Shown here piece after piece: positions 1 to 10,321 of a stretch of DNA of 64,000 nucleotides. Each line of letters begins with the position of its first letter. The first letter of the stretch is position 1. A model generated the notes under the pieces. That model was not told the origin of the DNA. It made no database searches and saw only the letters and a list, made by a program, of their open reading frames with translations. Origin of the DNA: an uncultured Chloroflexia bacterium (GTDB lineage Bacteria > Chloroflexota > Anaerolineae > B4-G1 > SLSP01). The stretch covers positions 243,394 through 307,393 of the forward strand of contig CAVVUS010000014.1 in assembly GCA_963751345.1 (NCBI GenBank), given 5' to 3'. Made by a program: the position numbers and the translations under genes.

Positions 1-209
1 TGATGGCCTGGGGCGAACGTTATCACTACGAGCAAGGCCAACTTCTTGGTCCTGTGGCGCCTGAGGATGGTTCGAGAGTGGGTCAAGTACAGGACAGCGC
101 TCTCAAGACGGTCCAGGACTACTTACACAGATTTGACGGATAGTGGGTGGCGCTATGAGGACAGCCCAAAAGCCCCCACGGAACCCCGACGCCCCCGAGG
201 ATAGATAGA

Positions 210-1496
210 GTGGCACCACGTCATAGCCAAATAGATGGTCACATTGATATGGGGAGACTGCTGTTCCCGCTCGGACTGGGAACCGCCCTGTCGCTCATGG
301 GAGATGCGACGCTATATACCGTACTCCCCACCCACACAGCCGAGGCGGGTATCACCTTAGGAGGGGTAGGCGTCCTGCTCGGGGTCAACCGCGCCGTGCG
401 GCTGTTCCTCAACGGCCCTGCCGGCCTGGCCTACGATCGTTGGCCCCGCCGCCGGCTCTTCATCTCGGCCCTCTTCATCGGGGCGCTCTCCACCGCACTA
501 TATGCCGCGACTCACGGGTTCTGGCCTCTGCTTGTTGGGCGCATGCTCTGGGGGCTGGCATGGTCGGGCATCTGGGTCGGCGGGGCGACGATGATCCTCG
601 ATGCAGCGGCGACCCAAGAGCGAGGTCGATGGACCGGGCTCTACCAGACATGGTTCTTCGTGGGGTCGGCCCTCGGCGCGTTCGGCGGCGGGGTGCTCAC
701 GGACCTGCTGGGCTACACCCTGACCATGGCGATCGGTGCGGCGCTGACGGCTGCGGGCGGCGTGGTCGCCTTTTTCCTGTTGCCGGAGACATCCGGCGCC
801 CGAGCGCTGATGGATGCCGCCGGCGCGCGCAGCGCACCTGCCTCGAGCCCGGGCTTGAGGCCCGACAGGCCCAATCGCCTGAGCCTCAGGGCGAATGGGG
901 GGCTTTGGCTCACCATCTCCTTGCAGGGCGTCAACCGTTTCATCGTCTCGGGCGTGGTGTCAGCCACCCTCGGGCTCTTGATCCAGGACTGGGCTCAGAG
1001 AGCCGGCATAGCGATCGGCGTTGCGACCCTGACGGGCGTGGCGATGGCCGGGCGGACGCTGCTAAGTATGGTGGCAGCTCCACTCGCCGGGACGATGTCG
1101 GACCGGCAGGGCAGTCGCTGGCCGGTCGTCGCGTGGAGTCTGGGCATCGGGACGGCTGGGATGGGACTGTTGGCACTGGGCGGGCCGGTCTGGATCTTGC
1201 TGGGTGTCTCAACCGTGGCAGTTTCCGGCGGAGGTCTGCAGGCCCTGGCGACAGCGCTAACCGGCGACGCCGTCGATCCCTCACAACGAGGCCGAGCCAT
1301 CGGCCTGCTGCACACCGCGGGTGATTTCGGCAGCGCCATCGGCCCGTCGCTGGCCTATGCACTGCTGCCGGTCATTGGGCTGCGCGCAATGTACCTACTG
1401 TGCGCAGCTGTCTTTCTGGTCAGTCTGGGCCCGGTTATTCGCTTCTTCGGCAAAGAGCAAGGGCAACACACCACAGCTCAGGCTTCACACGGTTAG
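210..1496 (+). CDS. MFS transporter
   Basis: About 12 hydrophobic segments; motif A-like GLAYDRWPRRR and GTMSDRQGSRW. Confidence 0.9.
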   Translation: MAPRHSQIDGHIDMGRLLFPLGLGTALSLMGDATLYTVLPTHTAEAGITLGGVGVLLGVNRAVRLFLNGPAGLAYDRWPRRRLFISALFIGALSTALYAATHGFWPLLVGRMLWGLAWSGIWVGGATMILDAAATQERGRWTGLYQTWFFVGSALGAFGGGVLTDLLGYTLTMAIGAALTAAGGVVAFFLLPETSGARALMDAAGARSAPASSPGLRPDRPNRLSLRANGGLWLTISLQGVNRFIVSGVVSATLGLLIQDWAQRAGIAIGVATLTGVAMAGRTLLSMVAAPLAGTMSDRQGSRWPVVAWSLGIGTAGMGLLALGGPVWILLGVSTVAVSGGGLQALATALTGDAVDPSQRGRAIGLLHTAGDFGSAIGPSLAYALLPVIGLRAMYLLCAAVFLVSLGPVIRFFGKEQGQHTTAQASHG

Positions 1497-1709
1497 GGGC
1501 CCCGAGACCGAACTGGGAGGCCAAGGAGCCGGGGTATCGATACTCACGACAACGCTGCCCTGATAGCTTTCTCCCGCACGGCACCCTGTCCACCAAGAAG
1601 ACTTGCGAAGGGCGTGCGACTGCGATACGATGCAGCGAGCTCGAGAACAATGCCGGAGCCCCCGGCACCATGTCACCGATTCTCTCATGCGCTGAGTTGC
1701 TGATTTGCC

Positions 1710-2408
1710 ATGGACACTCGCTACCACATTGCGCTGACACGGATGGCTCTGAAGGACGACTTCAGCGAGGCCGCGCTCGCCGAGGTGATCGCGGCGAACC
1801 TGGGTCAGGATGCCCTACGCTATCAACTCGGCGCTTATCCGCACTTCCACTTCGACAACAACCGCATCGCAGCCTCGCTCGCCTATGTTGAAGACCAACA
1901 TGCCGCTATCGCTGCGGCGGCGTCAGAGAGAGATGGTCCGCGGATGCGGGCCGCGCTAGGCCACATCTTTCACACCGTGCAGGACTTCTACGCCCACGCC
2001 AACTACGTCGACCTCTGGCTGGAGGCCCAGGAGGGTCCGTCGCGCCCACCCCCTGAGGCCATCGACGGCCTGAACGAGCAGATCCTGGCCCATCCCAACC
2101 TGCGGACCGGCACCTTCGTGATGCTGCGGGACTTCATTTATTACGTACCCCTCATCGGACGCATTGCCCGCAGGATCTACGTCCCGCCGGGCTCACACGA
2201 GGCAATGCACCTCGATTCACCCGACCGTGGCTGGAAGTTCAACTACGCCTTCAGGGCCGCCTACCAGCGCACGTGCGCCGAATATCGGCGCGCAGGTGAT
2301 GCGGTCATCCGGGCCGGTGGCCAGGCGGCCCTCCGGTCATTGACAACCGAGGGCCAGGAATCCGGATTCAGTTCGTCGCCTTCTCCGCCACCGGCAAGAC
2401 CACTGTGA
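1710..2408 (+). CDS. Het-C / zinc-dependent phospholipase C-like protein
   Basis: N-terminal H, HFHFDN, and LGHIFHTVQDFYAHANY motif. Confidence 0.6.
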   Translation: MDTRYHIALTRMALKDDFSEAALAEVIAANLGQDALRYQLGAYPHFHFDNNRIAASLAYVEDQHAAIAAAASERDGPRMRAALGHIFHTVQDFYAHANYVDLWLEAQEGPSRPPPEAIDGLNEQILAHPNLRTGTFVMLRDFIYYVPLIGRIARRIYVPPGSHEAMHLDSPDRGWKFNYAFRAAYQRTCAEYRRAGDAVIRAGGQAALRSLTTEGQESGFSSSPSPPPARPL

Positions 2409-3885
2409 ACCGGCTGCCCTCGCCAGGACGGCTCTCCACCTCGACGCGCCCTCCGTAAGCCTCTGCCACGCCTTTTACCAGCGCGAGGCCCAAGCCGGCT
2501 CCCCCCTTCTTGCGCGCCCGCGCTTTGTCGACCCGGTAAAAGCGGTCGAAAATGCGGGGGATATCCTCCGGCGGGATCCCCGGGCCGGTGTCGATGACAG
2601 AGACCCGGACGGTCCGGTTGGTCACTTCTGCGGCAAGGGTGATGGTACCGTCAGGTGCCGTGTACTTGATCGCATTGTCCAACAGGTTGCGGATGGCCGC
2701 CTGAATCTGGTCCACGTTGGCAGAGACCGGCGGCAGATGCGGCGGAACCTCGACCTGCAGACGATGACCGGCAAGTTGTAGCAGCGGACCGAAGTCGTCG
2801 GCTACCTGATACAGCAGTGGCGCCAGGTCGATCTGCGCATAGGGCGGCAGTTCGTGGGCGTCCAGCGCCGCCAAAGCCAGCAGATGGTCAACAAGGCGGC
2901 GCAGATGCTGGATCTCGTCCGCCATCTGCCCCACGTAATGATCGACCAGTTCGGGCTGGTCCTTCCCGTGTGCCTGAGCAAGCTCAAGCCGGAGGCTCAG
3001 AGCAGTGAGCGGGGTCCGCAGCTCGTGGGCGGCATGAGCGACGAAGTCACGCTGACGGGCCAGCATATCCCGAAGACGGGCCGTCATTTGATTGAAGGCA
3101 GTTGCCAGGCGGCGGAGCTCTTCCGGGCCACCGGGCCGAACCTGGTAAGTCAGATCCCCGCCGGCAATAGCGTCAGCACCACGCGTCAAGGCGCCAATAG
3201 GATGCAGGATGAAGTGCGCCATGCCGATGCTGATGAGGATGGTCAACAGGGCCACGCCACCCCCGGCAAGGAAGAGGCCGGCCCAGGTCTCCGCAATCTG
3301 CCGGTTAACCGACGCCATTGGGAGCGAGAGCTGGACATACCCGGCGAGGGCACCGCCGGTGTTGAGCATCGGCGCGGCGACAAACAACCTGCGATCCTGC
3401 GACCACGCATCTCGACGAACATCACGGGTTTGGGTGCTGAACTCCGGCGCGGAAGCGGGAACTTCTGCCCCCAGCGGGATGGCACCGTCGGAACTGAAGA
3501 TAACACGCCGATGAGCATCGGTCAACGTCACGCGCCCGCCGGTACTCGCCGCCGCAGACATCACCAGGTGTGTGAGCGTCTCGTCCGGGGCAATGACCTG
3601 GACCGAACCGTCGTGGTCATCATCATCCGTCTCCAGCGCGTGTTCCGATTCCACACGGCGCACCAGCGGCTCCTCCAGCCCGTTGGCGACGAGGCGAGCC
3701 TGCAGCTCAAGGTCGTTCCCGGCCTGCGTCAAGGCAGCGGATTGCATCCGCAGCCCAAACCAGAGGATCAGGCCGCCAACGCTCAACACGACCAATGCCA
3801 GATAGGTAGCGGGCAGCAGAAAACGCAACCTCTGGGGCTTGATGCCCCGGAGCACTGGGAACCTGCGCGACTTACGTGACGACAT
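2368..3885 (-). CDS. HAMP-domain sensor histidine kinase
   Basis: Two TM helices, HAMP, H-box AAHELRTPL, N-box NLLDNAIKY, G-boxes DTGPGI and GAGLGL; start taken at MSSRK. Confidence 0.93.
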   Translation of the reverse strand: MSSRKSRRFPVLRGIKPQRLRFLLPATYLALVVLSVGGLILWFGLRMQSAALTQAGNDLELQARLVANGLEEPLVRRVESEHALETDDDDHDGSVQVIAPDETLTHLVMSAAASTGGRVTLTDAHRRVIFSSDGAIPLGAEVPASAPEFSTQTRDVRRDAWSQDRRLFVAAPMLNTGGALAGYVQLSLPMASVNRQIAETWAGLFLAGGGVALLTILISIGMAHFILHPIGALTRGADAIAGGDLTYQVRPGGPEELRRLATAFNQMTARLRDMLARQRDFVAHAAHELRTPLTALSLRLELAQAHGKDQPELVDHYVGQMADEIQHLRRLVDHLLALAALDAHELPPYAQIDLAPLLYQVADDFGPLLQLAGHRLQVEVPPHLPPVSANVDQIQAAIRNLLDNAIKYTAPDGTITLAAEVTNRTVRVSVIDTGPGIPPEDIPRIFDRFYRVDKARARKKGGAGLGLALVKGVAEAYGGRVEVESRPGEGSRFTVVLPVAEKATN

Positions 3886-4597
3886 CGGGGTCCGCGAAGC
3901 GGTAGCCATAGCCGCGCACCGTCTCAATGAAGCGTGGGGAGGAAGGATCATCCTCCACTTTCTCTCGAAGCCAGCGAATATGCACGTCCAACGTGCGGAC
4001 ATCGCCGATCCAATCTTCACCCCACACCGTGTCCAATAGGGTCTGCCGCGCGACGGCGTGCCCGGCCTCTGCCATCAGGGCATAGAGCAAATCAAACTCC
4101 CGCTGAGTGAGCTCAACGGAGCGCTCTCCACGCCAGGCCAGGCGGGCCGTACGATCCAGTACCAAGTCTCCCACCTTGAGGCGCTCGTGCGGCTCATCGA
4201 TGCCGCGGTCGAGCTCGCGGCGACGCAGAATCGCACGCACGCGGGCCAACAGCTCGCGGAAACTGAACGGCTTGACGATGTAGTCATCCGCGCCCAGCTC
4301 CAGCCCCATCACGCGGTCCATCTCCTGGCCACGTGCGGTAAGCATTAGGATGGGGACCGCCGAAGATTTGCGCAGCGCCCGGCAGACAGCGTAGCCGTCC
4401 ATCGTGGGCAACATCACGTCGAGCAGGACCAAATCGGGGTCATGATCGAGCGCTTGGGTCAATCCATCTCGACCATCGGTGCTGTGAAGCACGCGAAATC
4501 CGGCATCCTGGAGACCGAAGATCAACGGCTCGGCAATCAGCTCATCATCTTCAATCAGCAGGATCATGACCGGCGTAGGGCCTTGTGATACGGACAT
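3872..4597 (-). CDS. OmpR/PhoB-family response regulator
   Basis: Receiver motifs LIEDD, LLDVMLP, GADDYIVKPF; winged-helix ETVRGYGYRF. Confidence 0.95.
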   Translation of the reverse strand: MSVSQGPTPVMILLIEDDELIAEPLIFGLQDAGFRVLHSTDGRDGLTQALDHDPDLVLLDVMLPTMDGYAVCRALRKSSAVPILMLTARGQEMDRVMGLELGADDYIVKPFSFRELLARVRAILRRRELDRGIDEPHERLKVGDLVLDRTARLAWRGERSVELTQREFDLLYALMAEAGHAVARQTLLDTVWGEDWIGDVRTLDVHIRWLREKVEDDPSSPRFIETVRGYGYRFADPDVVT

Positions 4598-5264
4598 GCA
4601 CCTCCTCAGGCGCGCCTGCCCTGGAAGACACGGAGATCAGGATCCGGTAGACGGTCAATGCATAGGTAACCAGCCCAGTACTCAGATAGAGCGCCAACGC
4701 CCAGGGAGTCTGCGCATCCGTCCCTGCGAGCAGACCGTGTGCGAGTGCCAGATAGAATAGGATGAACGTGGTGTAATGCAAAGCGCGCCAGACCCTGGTG
4801 CCGATGCGGCGGCGCACGTAGGAACTAAGCGCGACCATGGCCAACAGGTAGGCCGCGACCTGCCCCAAGCCCACCCAGAACGGCCGGTATGCCGTAGTCG
4901 CGAAAGGCACCAGCAGCGAAATGAGGCTGAATCCAATGTAGCGATCCCCCAGCAGAATCAGCATATGAAAGACAATATAGACCAGCGCCAACACGCTGAG
5001 GCTGCGGTGTATGCTAGCGGCCTGTCCCGCACCGGGCCAGGCACGAGCGACCTTGCTCGTGAGAAGCAGGCCAAAAGTCACCGATAGCCACACCAAGACG
5101 TAGGCTACGAAGCCACCCACACGGGCCAGATACCAAAAGGCCGTCTCCTGGGAGATGGAGGTGCCCAGGGCCGGGAACGCTCCCGGCAGCAGGGCTATGA
5201 CTAACGCAATGCTCAGGACCCCCACAGCCACTATTCCCCACGATATAGCATCGCGACCCTTCAC
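4551..5264 (-). CDS. Ferric reductase-like (MsrQ-like) heme b transmembrane protein
   Basis: WYLARVGG, IHRSLS, FHMLILL, WRALHY, LAHGLLAGTD His pattern; GTG start after GGAGG. Confidence 0.85.
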   Translation of the reverse strand: MKGRDAISWGIVAVGVLSIALVIALLPGAFPALGTSISQETAFWYLARVGGFVAYVLVWLSVTFGLLLTSKVARAWPGAGQAASIHRSLSVLALVYIVFHMLILLGDRYIGFSLISLLVPFATTAYRPFWVGLGQVAAYLLAMVALSSYVRRRIGTRVWRALHYTTFILFYLALAHGLLAGTDAQTPWALALYLSTGLVTYALTVYRILISVSSRAGAPEEVHVRITRPYAGHDPAD

Positions 5265-5268
5265 AGTA

Positions 5269-6381
5269 TCACCTCCACGCATGATCGTCGCGCACTCTGC
5301 CTGGCAGGTAGGCTCCCATCCCCTGCGTCCGCCACTGACGCCCGTCCTGATCCACAAGCACGCCCTCGAGCTCGGGGTGTGCCTCCAATAGGGTCAGCCC
5401 AGCCGAGCGGCCCAGAACCATCACCACGAGAGCATAGAGATCAGCCCTGGCCGCATCCGGAGCGATCACGGTAGCCGTAAGCAGGTCAGTGGCAGCCGGC
5501 TGACCGGTGCGTGGATCGATGATGTGATGCTGCACAGCACCATTTGAGACCCAGCGGCGGTAGTCTACACCGGAGGTGGCCACGCCGCGGTCATGCACCA
5601 CAATCGTCGCAATCGGAAGTACGTCGTTGTTGGGGTCGGCGATACCGATTGGCCACCCACGTACACCGGGCAAGCTCCCACGCACTGCCAGATCGCCACC
5701 CGCGTCCACCAGACACGGGCCCAGCGATGTCAGCATATCGGCAGCACGTGCCGCGGCCCAACCCTTTGCCGTTCCGCTCAAGTCGAGACGAAGGCCGGGC
5801 GGCAGGATCACCGTACGATGCATCGCATCACGTTCAATCGTCCGCCAGTGCCCACCGTTCCCCTGCCACCCACTGATCTGATGGCTTCCATCTGTCTGCT
5901 GGCGCTCGCCGGTCTGCTGGCGCTCGCCGGTCTGCTGGCGCTCGCCGGTCTGCCGGCGCATGGCCCTTGAACTTGGGGCACCAGCACCGCCCCCGCGGCG
6001 GATCTCGTCGAAATCCCTCTCGTATCCTGCAGCAACCAGAGCGTCCAGCATCGTGGGATTATAGAGCCCACCGGTCTCCTGTGCTGCCTTCAGTGCCCAG
6101 GCCAGTGCATCCCATAGTAGCGAGCTGACAGCTACCTGCCGGCCGGGAGAGACATTCAGACGACCGAGCTCGCTATCCGGTTGGAAGCGGGTGAGTCTGG
6201 CATCCACCAGCATCATCCACATTTGCACCAGGTCGAGCCGCTCCTCGGCAGCGGCCCTATCACGCGCCAACACCCACGCACCCATTTCGCAGCCCATGGC
6301 GCGGAACGCCACGTGGTAGAGCTTGGCATCAAGCTCTACCGGGTCGGCGAACCGCACCGGGGCCGTCATCGTGGTCATCAT
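5269..6381 (-). CDS. apbE: FAD:protein FMN transferase
   Basis: FRAMG, LDLSGTAKGW, DAGGD, ATSG, HHIIDPRTG, ATV..ARAD motifs. Confidence 0.92.
   Translation of the reverse strand: MMTTMTAPVRFADPVELDAKLYHVAFRAMGCEMGAWVLARDRAAAEERLDLVQMWMMLVDARLTRFQPDSELGRLNVSPGRQVAVSSLLWDALAWALKAAQETGGLYNPTMLDALVAAGYERDFDEIRRGGGAGAPSSRAMRRQTGERQQTGERQQTGERQQTDGSHQISGWQGNGGHWRTIERDAMHRTVILPPGLRLDLSGTAKGWAAARAADMLTSLGPCLVDAGGDLAVRGSLPGVRGWPIGIADPNNDVLPIATIVVHDRGVATSGVDYRRWVSNGAVQHHIIDPRTGQPAATDLLTATVIAPDAARADLYALVVMVLGRSAGLTLLEAHPELEGVLVDQDGRQWRTQGMGAYLPGRVRDDHAWR
5894..5959. repeat. 18-bp tandem repeat GTCTGCTGGCGCTCGCCG x3.5 inside apbE (QQTGER)
   Basis: Seen directly in the sequence. Confidence 0.9.
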
Positions 6382-6725
6382 CTGGACGAGCGCGTTGTCA
6401 CAAACGGCCGCGCAGGCAACGGGGCCGAGGCTGATGGCGCCTGGGTCTGTGGACGCGACGCGGGCGCCGCCACTTGCGGCACCGGGGGAAGGTCCACCTG
6501 AGATCCGGATGGCGACGCCGGCGCGGCATAGGCCTGCAGTGCCTGAACAGTAGGGATTGGCGGCAGCTCGACCGTCACCGATTGCGTTGCACCAGATGTT
6601 GCCGGCGCAACTTGCGGCGTGGAATCTGTGGCCTGGCGGGCCAGGAACACCCACCCACCTACCGTAGCGCCAAGCGACAGCGCAACCATCCAGGGCTTGA
6701 GCACCGAATTGCGTGGTTTAGTCAT
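6378..6725 (-). CDS. Membrane-anchored Pro/Ala-rich protein, candidate flavinylation substrate
   Basis: N-terminal TM, internal TSGAT, C-terminal TTRSSR; overlaps the apbE start. Confidence 0.7.
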   Translation of the reverse strand: MTKPRNSVLKPWMVALSLGATVGGWVFLARQATDSTPQVAPATSGATQSVTVELPPIPTVQALQAYAAPASPSGSQVDLPPVPQVAAPASRPQTQAPSASAPLPARPFVTTRSSR

Positions 6726-7173
6726 CGTCCCCCTCCCGATTGTGTGACTCAAAGGCCCCATCGTCAGAATAGGGTTGCCCATAGGCAGGGGCCGCGGGGG
6801 CAGGCGACGCCTGTCGTGCCGCCTGTTGCTGCAGTAGGGCGTTAGCGCGTTGGAGCGTCTGTTGGTAGGCAGCCTCACGCGCCAGTAACGTCTGGTTCTG
6901 AGTGACCAGCGCCGCCTGTTCTTGCTGCAGTTGCGCGATCGTGGCATTTGCCTGCTGGATCTCTTGATTAGCCTTCTGTAGCCGAGCTTGGTATTCCGCC
7001 TCACGAGCTAACAGAATATCGACCGTTGCAGGATCCGATGGGGACACGACGGCAGCTTCTACCGGAGCAGGGCCCCTCTGCCCGTGCATCAACGACAGCG
7101 CTATCAAGCTACCGGCGCCCAGCACAAAGACCGTCAGCACCGCCGTGATCCACAAAGCCCTCCGCTGCCTCAT
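6718..7173 (-). CDS. Membrane-anchored coiled-coil protein with acidic C-terminal tail
   Basis: RBS GGAGG; N-terminal TM; repeated LLAREAxYQ coiled coil; DDGAFESHNREGDDD tail. Confidence 0.75.
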   Translation of the reverse strand: MRQRRALWITAVLTVFVLGAGSLIALSLMHGQRGPAPVEAAVVSPSDPATVDILLAREAEYQARLQKANQEIQQANATIAQLQQEQAALVTQNQTLLAREAAYQQTLQRANALLQQQAARQASPAPAAPAYGQPYSDDGAFESHNREGDDD

Positions 7174-7203
7174 CGCATGCCTCCTGTGTGTGGGGATGCA
7201 ATG

Positions 7204-7269
7204 AGTATAACGGGTTAGCGGTGACCTGAGGTTAAGCAGGACTTAAGCGAAGTTTAAGGGGAGGTTATG
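7204..7269 (-). promoter_or_regulatory. Promoter (-10 TATACT) with four 11-bp-spaced TTAAG direct repeats (OmpR/PhoB-type box)
   Basis: AGTATA at 7204-7209; TTAAG at 7232, 7243 and 7254; TTATG at 7265. Confidence 0.65.
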
Positions 7270-7446
7270 TCGCGGAATCCTGATCCCATGCGCCGTTTTG
7301 TGACTCACGTAAATCTCCAGAGCGTGCTGGGGCAGCACATCCCGCACGCTCTGGAGAAGATCACTGTCACTGTCGTAGGGCATGATCTTGCCCTCACTTC
7401 CGATCAACTACCCGCTATTTTCCTCGCTCGCTCCCTCAGTGACTTG

Positions 7447-8412
7447 TTAGTTCACCGAGTTGCCCACCGGGGGCAGGAGCTCGGGCGGCGTGGGTGTTGC
7501 CGGCTGTGCCTCCAATTGCTGCTCAACCTTACGCGCACCCTCACGCCAGCGCAGCCAGAGGCTGAACAGACCGGCCGCACCGATAAAAGCCTGAGCGATG
7601 AATATGTCCAGGCCGGAGGCAACATAGTTGGACAGCAGCCCGGGAAGCCCATCCCACAGACCATGCAGGGCTACGACCCAAAGATAGGCGCCGATCACCT
7701 TCAGGTTGATCCGGAAGTGCCCCTCCCTGCTCTCGCGAAACAGCACTGCAGCCAATATCGCGGTCCACGTACCGTGGCCCAAGGGCGAGAGAAAGCCACG
7801 GAGAAGGGTCACGCCCACCGTCGCCGACAGGCTTCCCTGGCTGCTCAGGAACGCCGTGAAGGCGTAACCGGTGCTCTCAAGCGCGGCAAACCCCATCCCT
7901 GCAGCGGCGCCCAATATGAGGCCGTCGATTTCCGAGTCATGACCTCGACGGCGGGCGACGATCAAGACGCCCAGGATCTTCACGAACTCCTCGATGAAGC
8001 CGATGACGAAGGCGGTGACGAAGTCCAGACGACGGACGAAAAGCGGCTCCAGGATTGAGGCAGCAATGACGCCCAACACACCGCCATAGACCATAGCCAT
8101 GGCCGTGGTTGGCATCGTTAGTTTGCTGTAGTGGCGGTGCTCGTAAAAGAAGGCCACGTAGGTGATAGGCACCAAGAAGTTTCCTACCATGACCACCGTC
8201 GGAAACAGATTCGGGTTGCCGGTGAGAACAAGGGCGGCCAGGCCCAGGAAGTAGAACACAATGCCGAGCACCAAGACCTTCCACCATGACCAGGAAGGCT
8301 TTTTCTTGTCTTTTGCCGATTTGCCCACTCCCGCAGGCGCTGCTGTTCCGACGGGCGTACCTGTTCCGACAGGCGTACCCGTTCCGACGGGCGTTAGTTC
8401 GCTTTCAGCCAT
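7447..8412 (-). CDS. prsW: PrsW-family glutamic intramembrane protease
   Basis: GFIEEFVK, GMGFAALES, HGTWTA and LHGLWD motifs. Confidence 0.88.
   Translation of the reverse strand: MAESELTPVGTGTPVGTGTPVGTAAPAGVGKSAKDKKKPSWSWWKVLVLGIVFYFLGLAALVLTGNPNLFPTVVMVGNFLVPITYVAFFYEHRHYSKLTMPTTAMAMVYGGVLGVIAASILEPLFVRRLDFVTAFVIGFIEEFVKILGVLIVARRRGHDSEIDGLILGAAAGMGFAALESTGYAFTAFLSSQGSLSATVGVTLLRGFLSPLGHGTWTAILAAVLFRESREGHFRINLKVIGAYLWVVALHGLWDGLPGLLSNYVASGLDIFIAQAFIGAAGLFSLWLRWREGARKVEQQLEAQPATPTPPELLPPVGNSVN
8345..8394. repeat. 18-bp tandem repeat GTTCCGACRGGCGTACCY x3 (PVGTGT)
   Basis: Seen directly in the sequence. Confidence 0.85.
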
Positions 8413-8643
8413 CGTTCATCCTCCTCTGGACAAGACTTTCTTGCGGCAAAGCTCTCGAAGATGAGACATTCCACACTTTGGTCCGGAGCTACCGACCGAA
8501 AACAAAAGTGCCTTCTCATCAGAATACCACATGAACGATAGACACTCTATTCGGAGTCGGGTTGGATTTGGTTTGCCACGGTTGGGATAGTTGGAGATAG
8601 ACAGGGCTTCCTCAATGCGATGCCGAGGATCGGCGATGGCAAC

Positions 8644-8687
8644 AAAAAGGGCGGCGCCACCCCTGATTACTGTAGGGTGGCGCCGCC
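8644..8687 (-). terminator. Intrinsic terminator after rny
   Basis: GGCGGCGCCACCC/GGGTGGCGCCGCC stem followed by a U-tract on the minus strand. Confidence 0.85.
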
Positions 8688-8720
8688 ACAGGCAGCGTAA
8701 CGTTTGATCGTTCCGACGGT

Positions 8721-10251
8721 TTACTTGGCGTATTCGACCGCGCGGGTCTCCCGGATCACGGTCACCTTGATCTGACCGGGATACTCCATCGTCTCCTCGA
8801 TCTTGTGCGCTACTTCACGCGACAGCTTGAGCGATGCCAGATCGTCGATCTCACCGGGGCGGACGATAATCCGAATCTCGCGCCCGGCCTGAATCGCGTA
8901 GGACTCCTCCACACCATCGAAGGAGCGCGCAATCTCCTCAAGACCCCGAATGCGCTTGATGTAGTGCTCCAGGCTCTCCCGACGGGCACCCGGGCGCGCG
9001 CCGGAGATCGCATCCGCGGCCTCAACCAGAACGGACTCGAGCGACTGCTGCTCGACCTCGTGGTGGTGCGACTCAATGCAGTTGATCACTGCCTTGGGGA
9101 CCCCGTAGCGGCGGGCCAACTCGGCCCCGATCGTCGCGTGCGTGCCCTCAATCTCGAAATCGACCGCCTTGCCGATGTCGTGGAGCAACCCACCCATCCG
9201 CGCGATCTCGGGATTGCCTCCTACCTCGGCAGCTAACAAGCTGGACAGCTTGGCGACCTCGACAGCGTGTCCCAGTTGGTTCTGGCCATAGCTGGTTCTG
9301 AAGTATAGCCGACCCAGCAGCTTCATCAGCTCCGGATGCAGGTTCGGGACCTCAGCCTCGTAGACGGCCCGGTCAGCCTGCTCCTTCATGATCTGGTCCA
9401 CTTCCTTGGTCGCCTTCTCCAGCACCTTCTCGATGCGGGCCGGGTGGATTCGCCCGTCCGCGACCAGGTAGTGCATGGCCCGTCGCCGCGATCTCCCTGC
9501 GAATAGGATTGAATGATGAGATCGTGATCAACTCCGGCGTGTCATCGACGATGACATCCACGGCAGCCTTCTGCTCGAAGACACGGATATTGCGCCCACC
9601 ACGACCAATGATACGCCCCTTGAGTTCATCGTTGGGGATTTCGAGCGTCTTGGTGGTCAGCTCGGCAACCTGCTCCGAAGCGAGTCGCTGGATCGATGTG
9701 GTGATGATGTCGCGCGCTCGTTCGTCCGACTCCTGCCGCGCCCGCATCTCCTCCTCGCGCATCACCCGCGCCATATCCTGGCGTGTTTCCTGCGCGACCT
9801 GATCCAGGAGTACATTCCGGGCATCCTCAACCGTGAGATTTGCGATGCGCTGCAACTCCTCCAGGCGCTGCTCTTCCACCTTCTGCAGATCGTTGTGGCG
9901 CTTATCAAGTGCGCTCTGGCGCTTACTCAACTGCTGCTCACGCTGATCGACGCGTTCCTGTCGGGTGTCCAGCTGCTCACGGCGCTTCTGTAAGCGATCT
10001 TCCTCACGCCGTAACTGCTGATTCCGTGCATCGAGCTCGGCCTCCATCTCTTGCCGAGTCTTGAGGGTCTCATCCCTCGCGTTAAGCACGATGTCCCGAG
10101 CCTGTTTCTCTGCTTCCTCAAGCAAGCGGGCCCGCATCGCCTCCAGATTACCGAGCTCTTGCTGGAAACGCTGCTGGCGGACGAAGTATCCTGCTGCTCC
10201 GCCGGCGGCCAGTCCGATGATTAGTGCAATGACACCAATAAGCCACTCCAT
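8721..10251 (-). CDS. rny: Ribonuclease Y (frameshift near 9478, probably an assembly error)
   Basis: TM plus coiled coil; KH motif [13 protein letters not shown]; HD motif LLHDIGKA; C-terminus [20 protein letters not shown]. Confidence 0.95.
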
Positions 10252-10321
10252 TCAGTCCTCCTCGCTGTTTTCATCATGTAATTGGGGGAAGTCTTGAGTA
10301 GCCAGCGTATCCTGGATAAGG

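Noticed and set aside
1-205. Possible 3' end of an upstream gene
   Set aside because: Too short to assign a frame or product with confidence.
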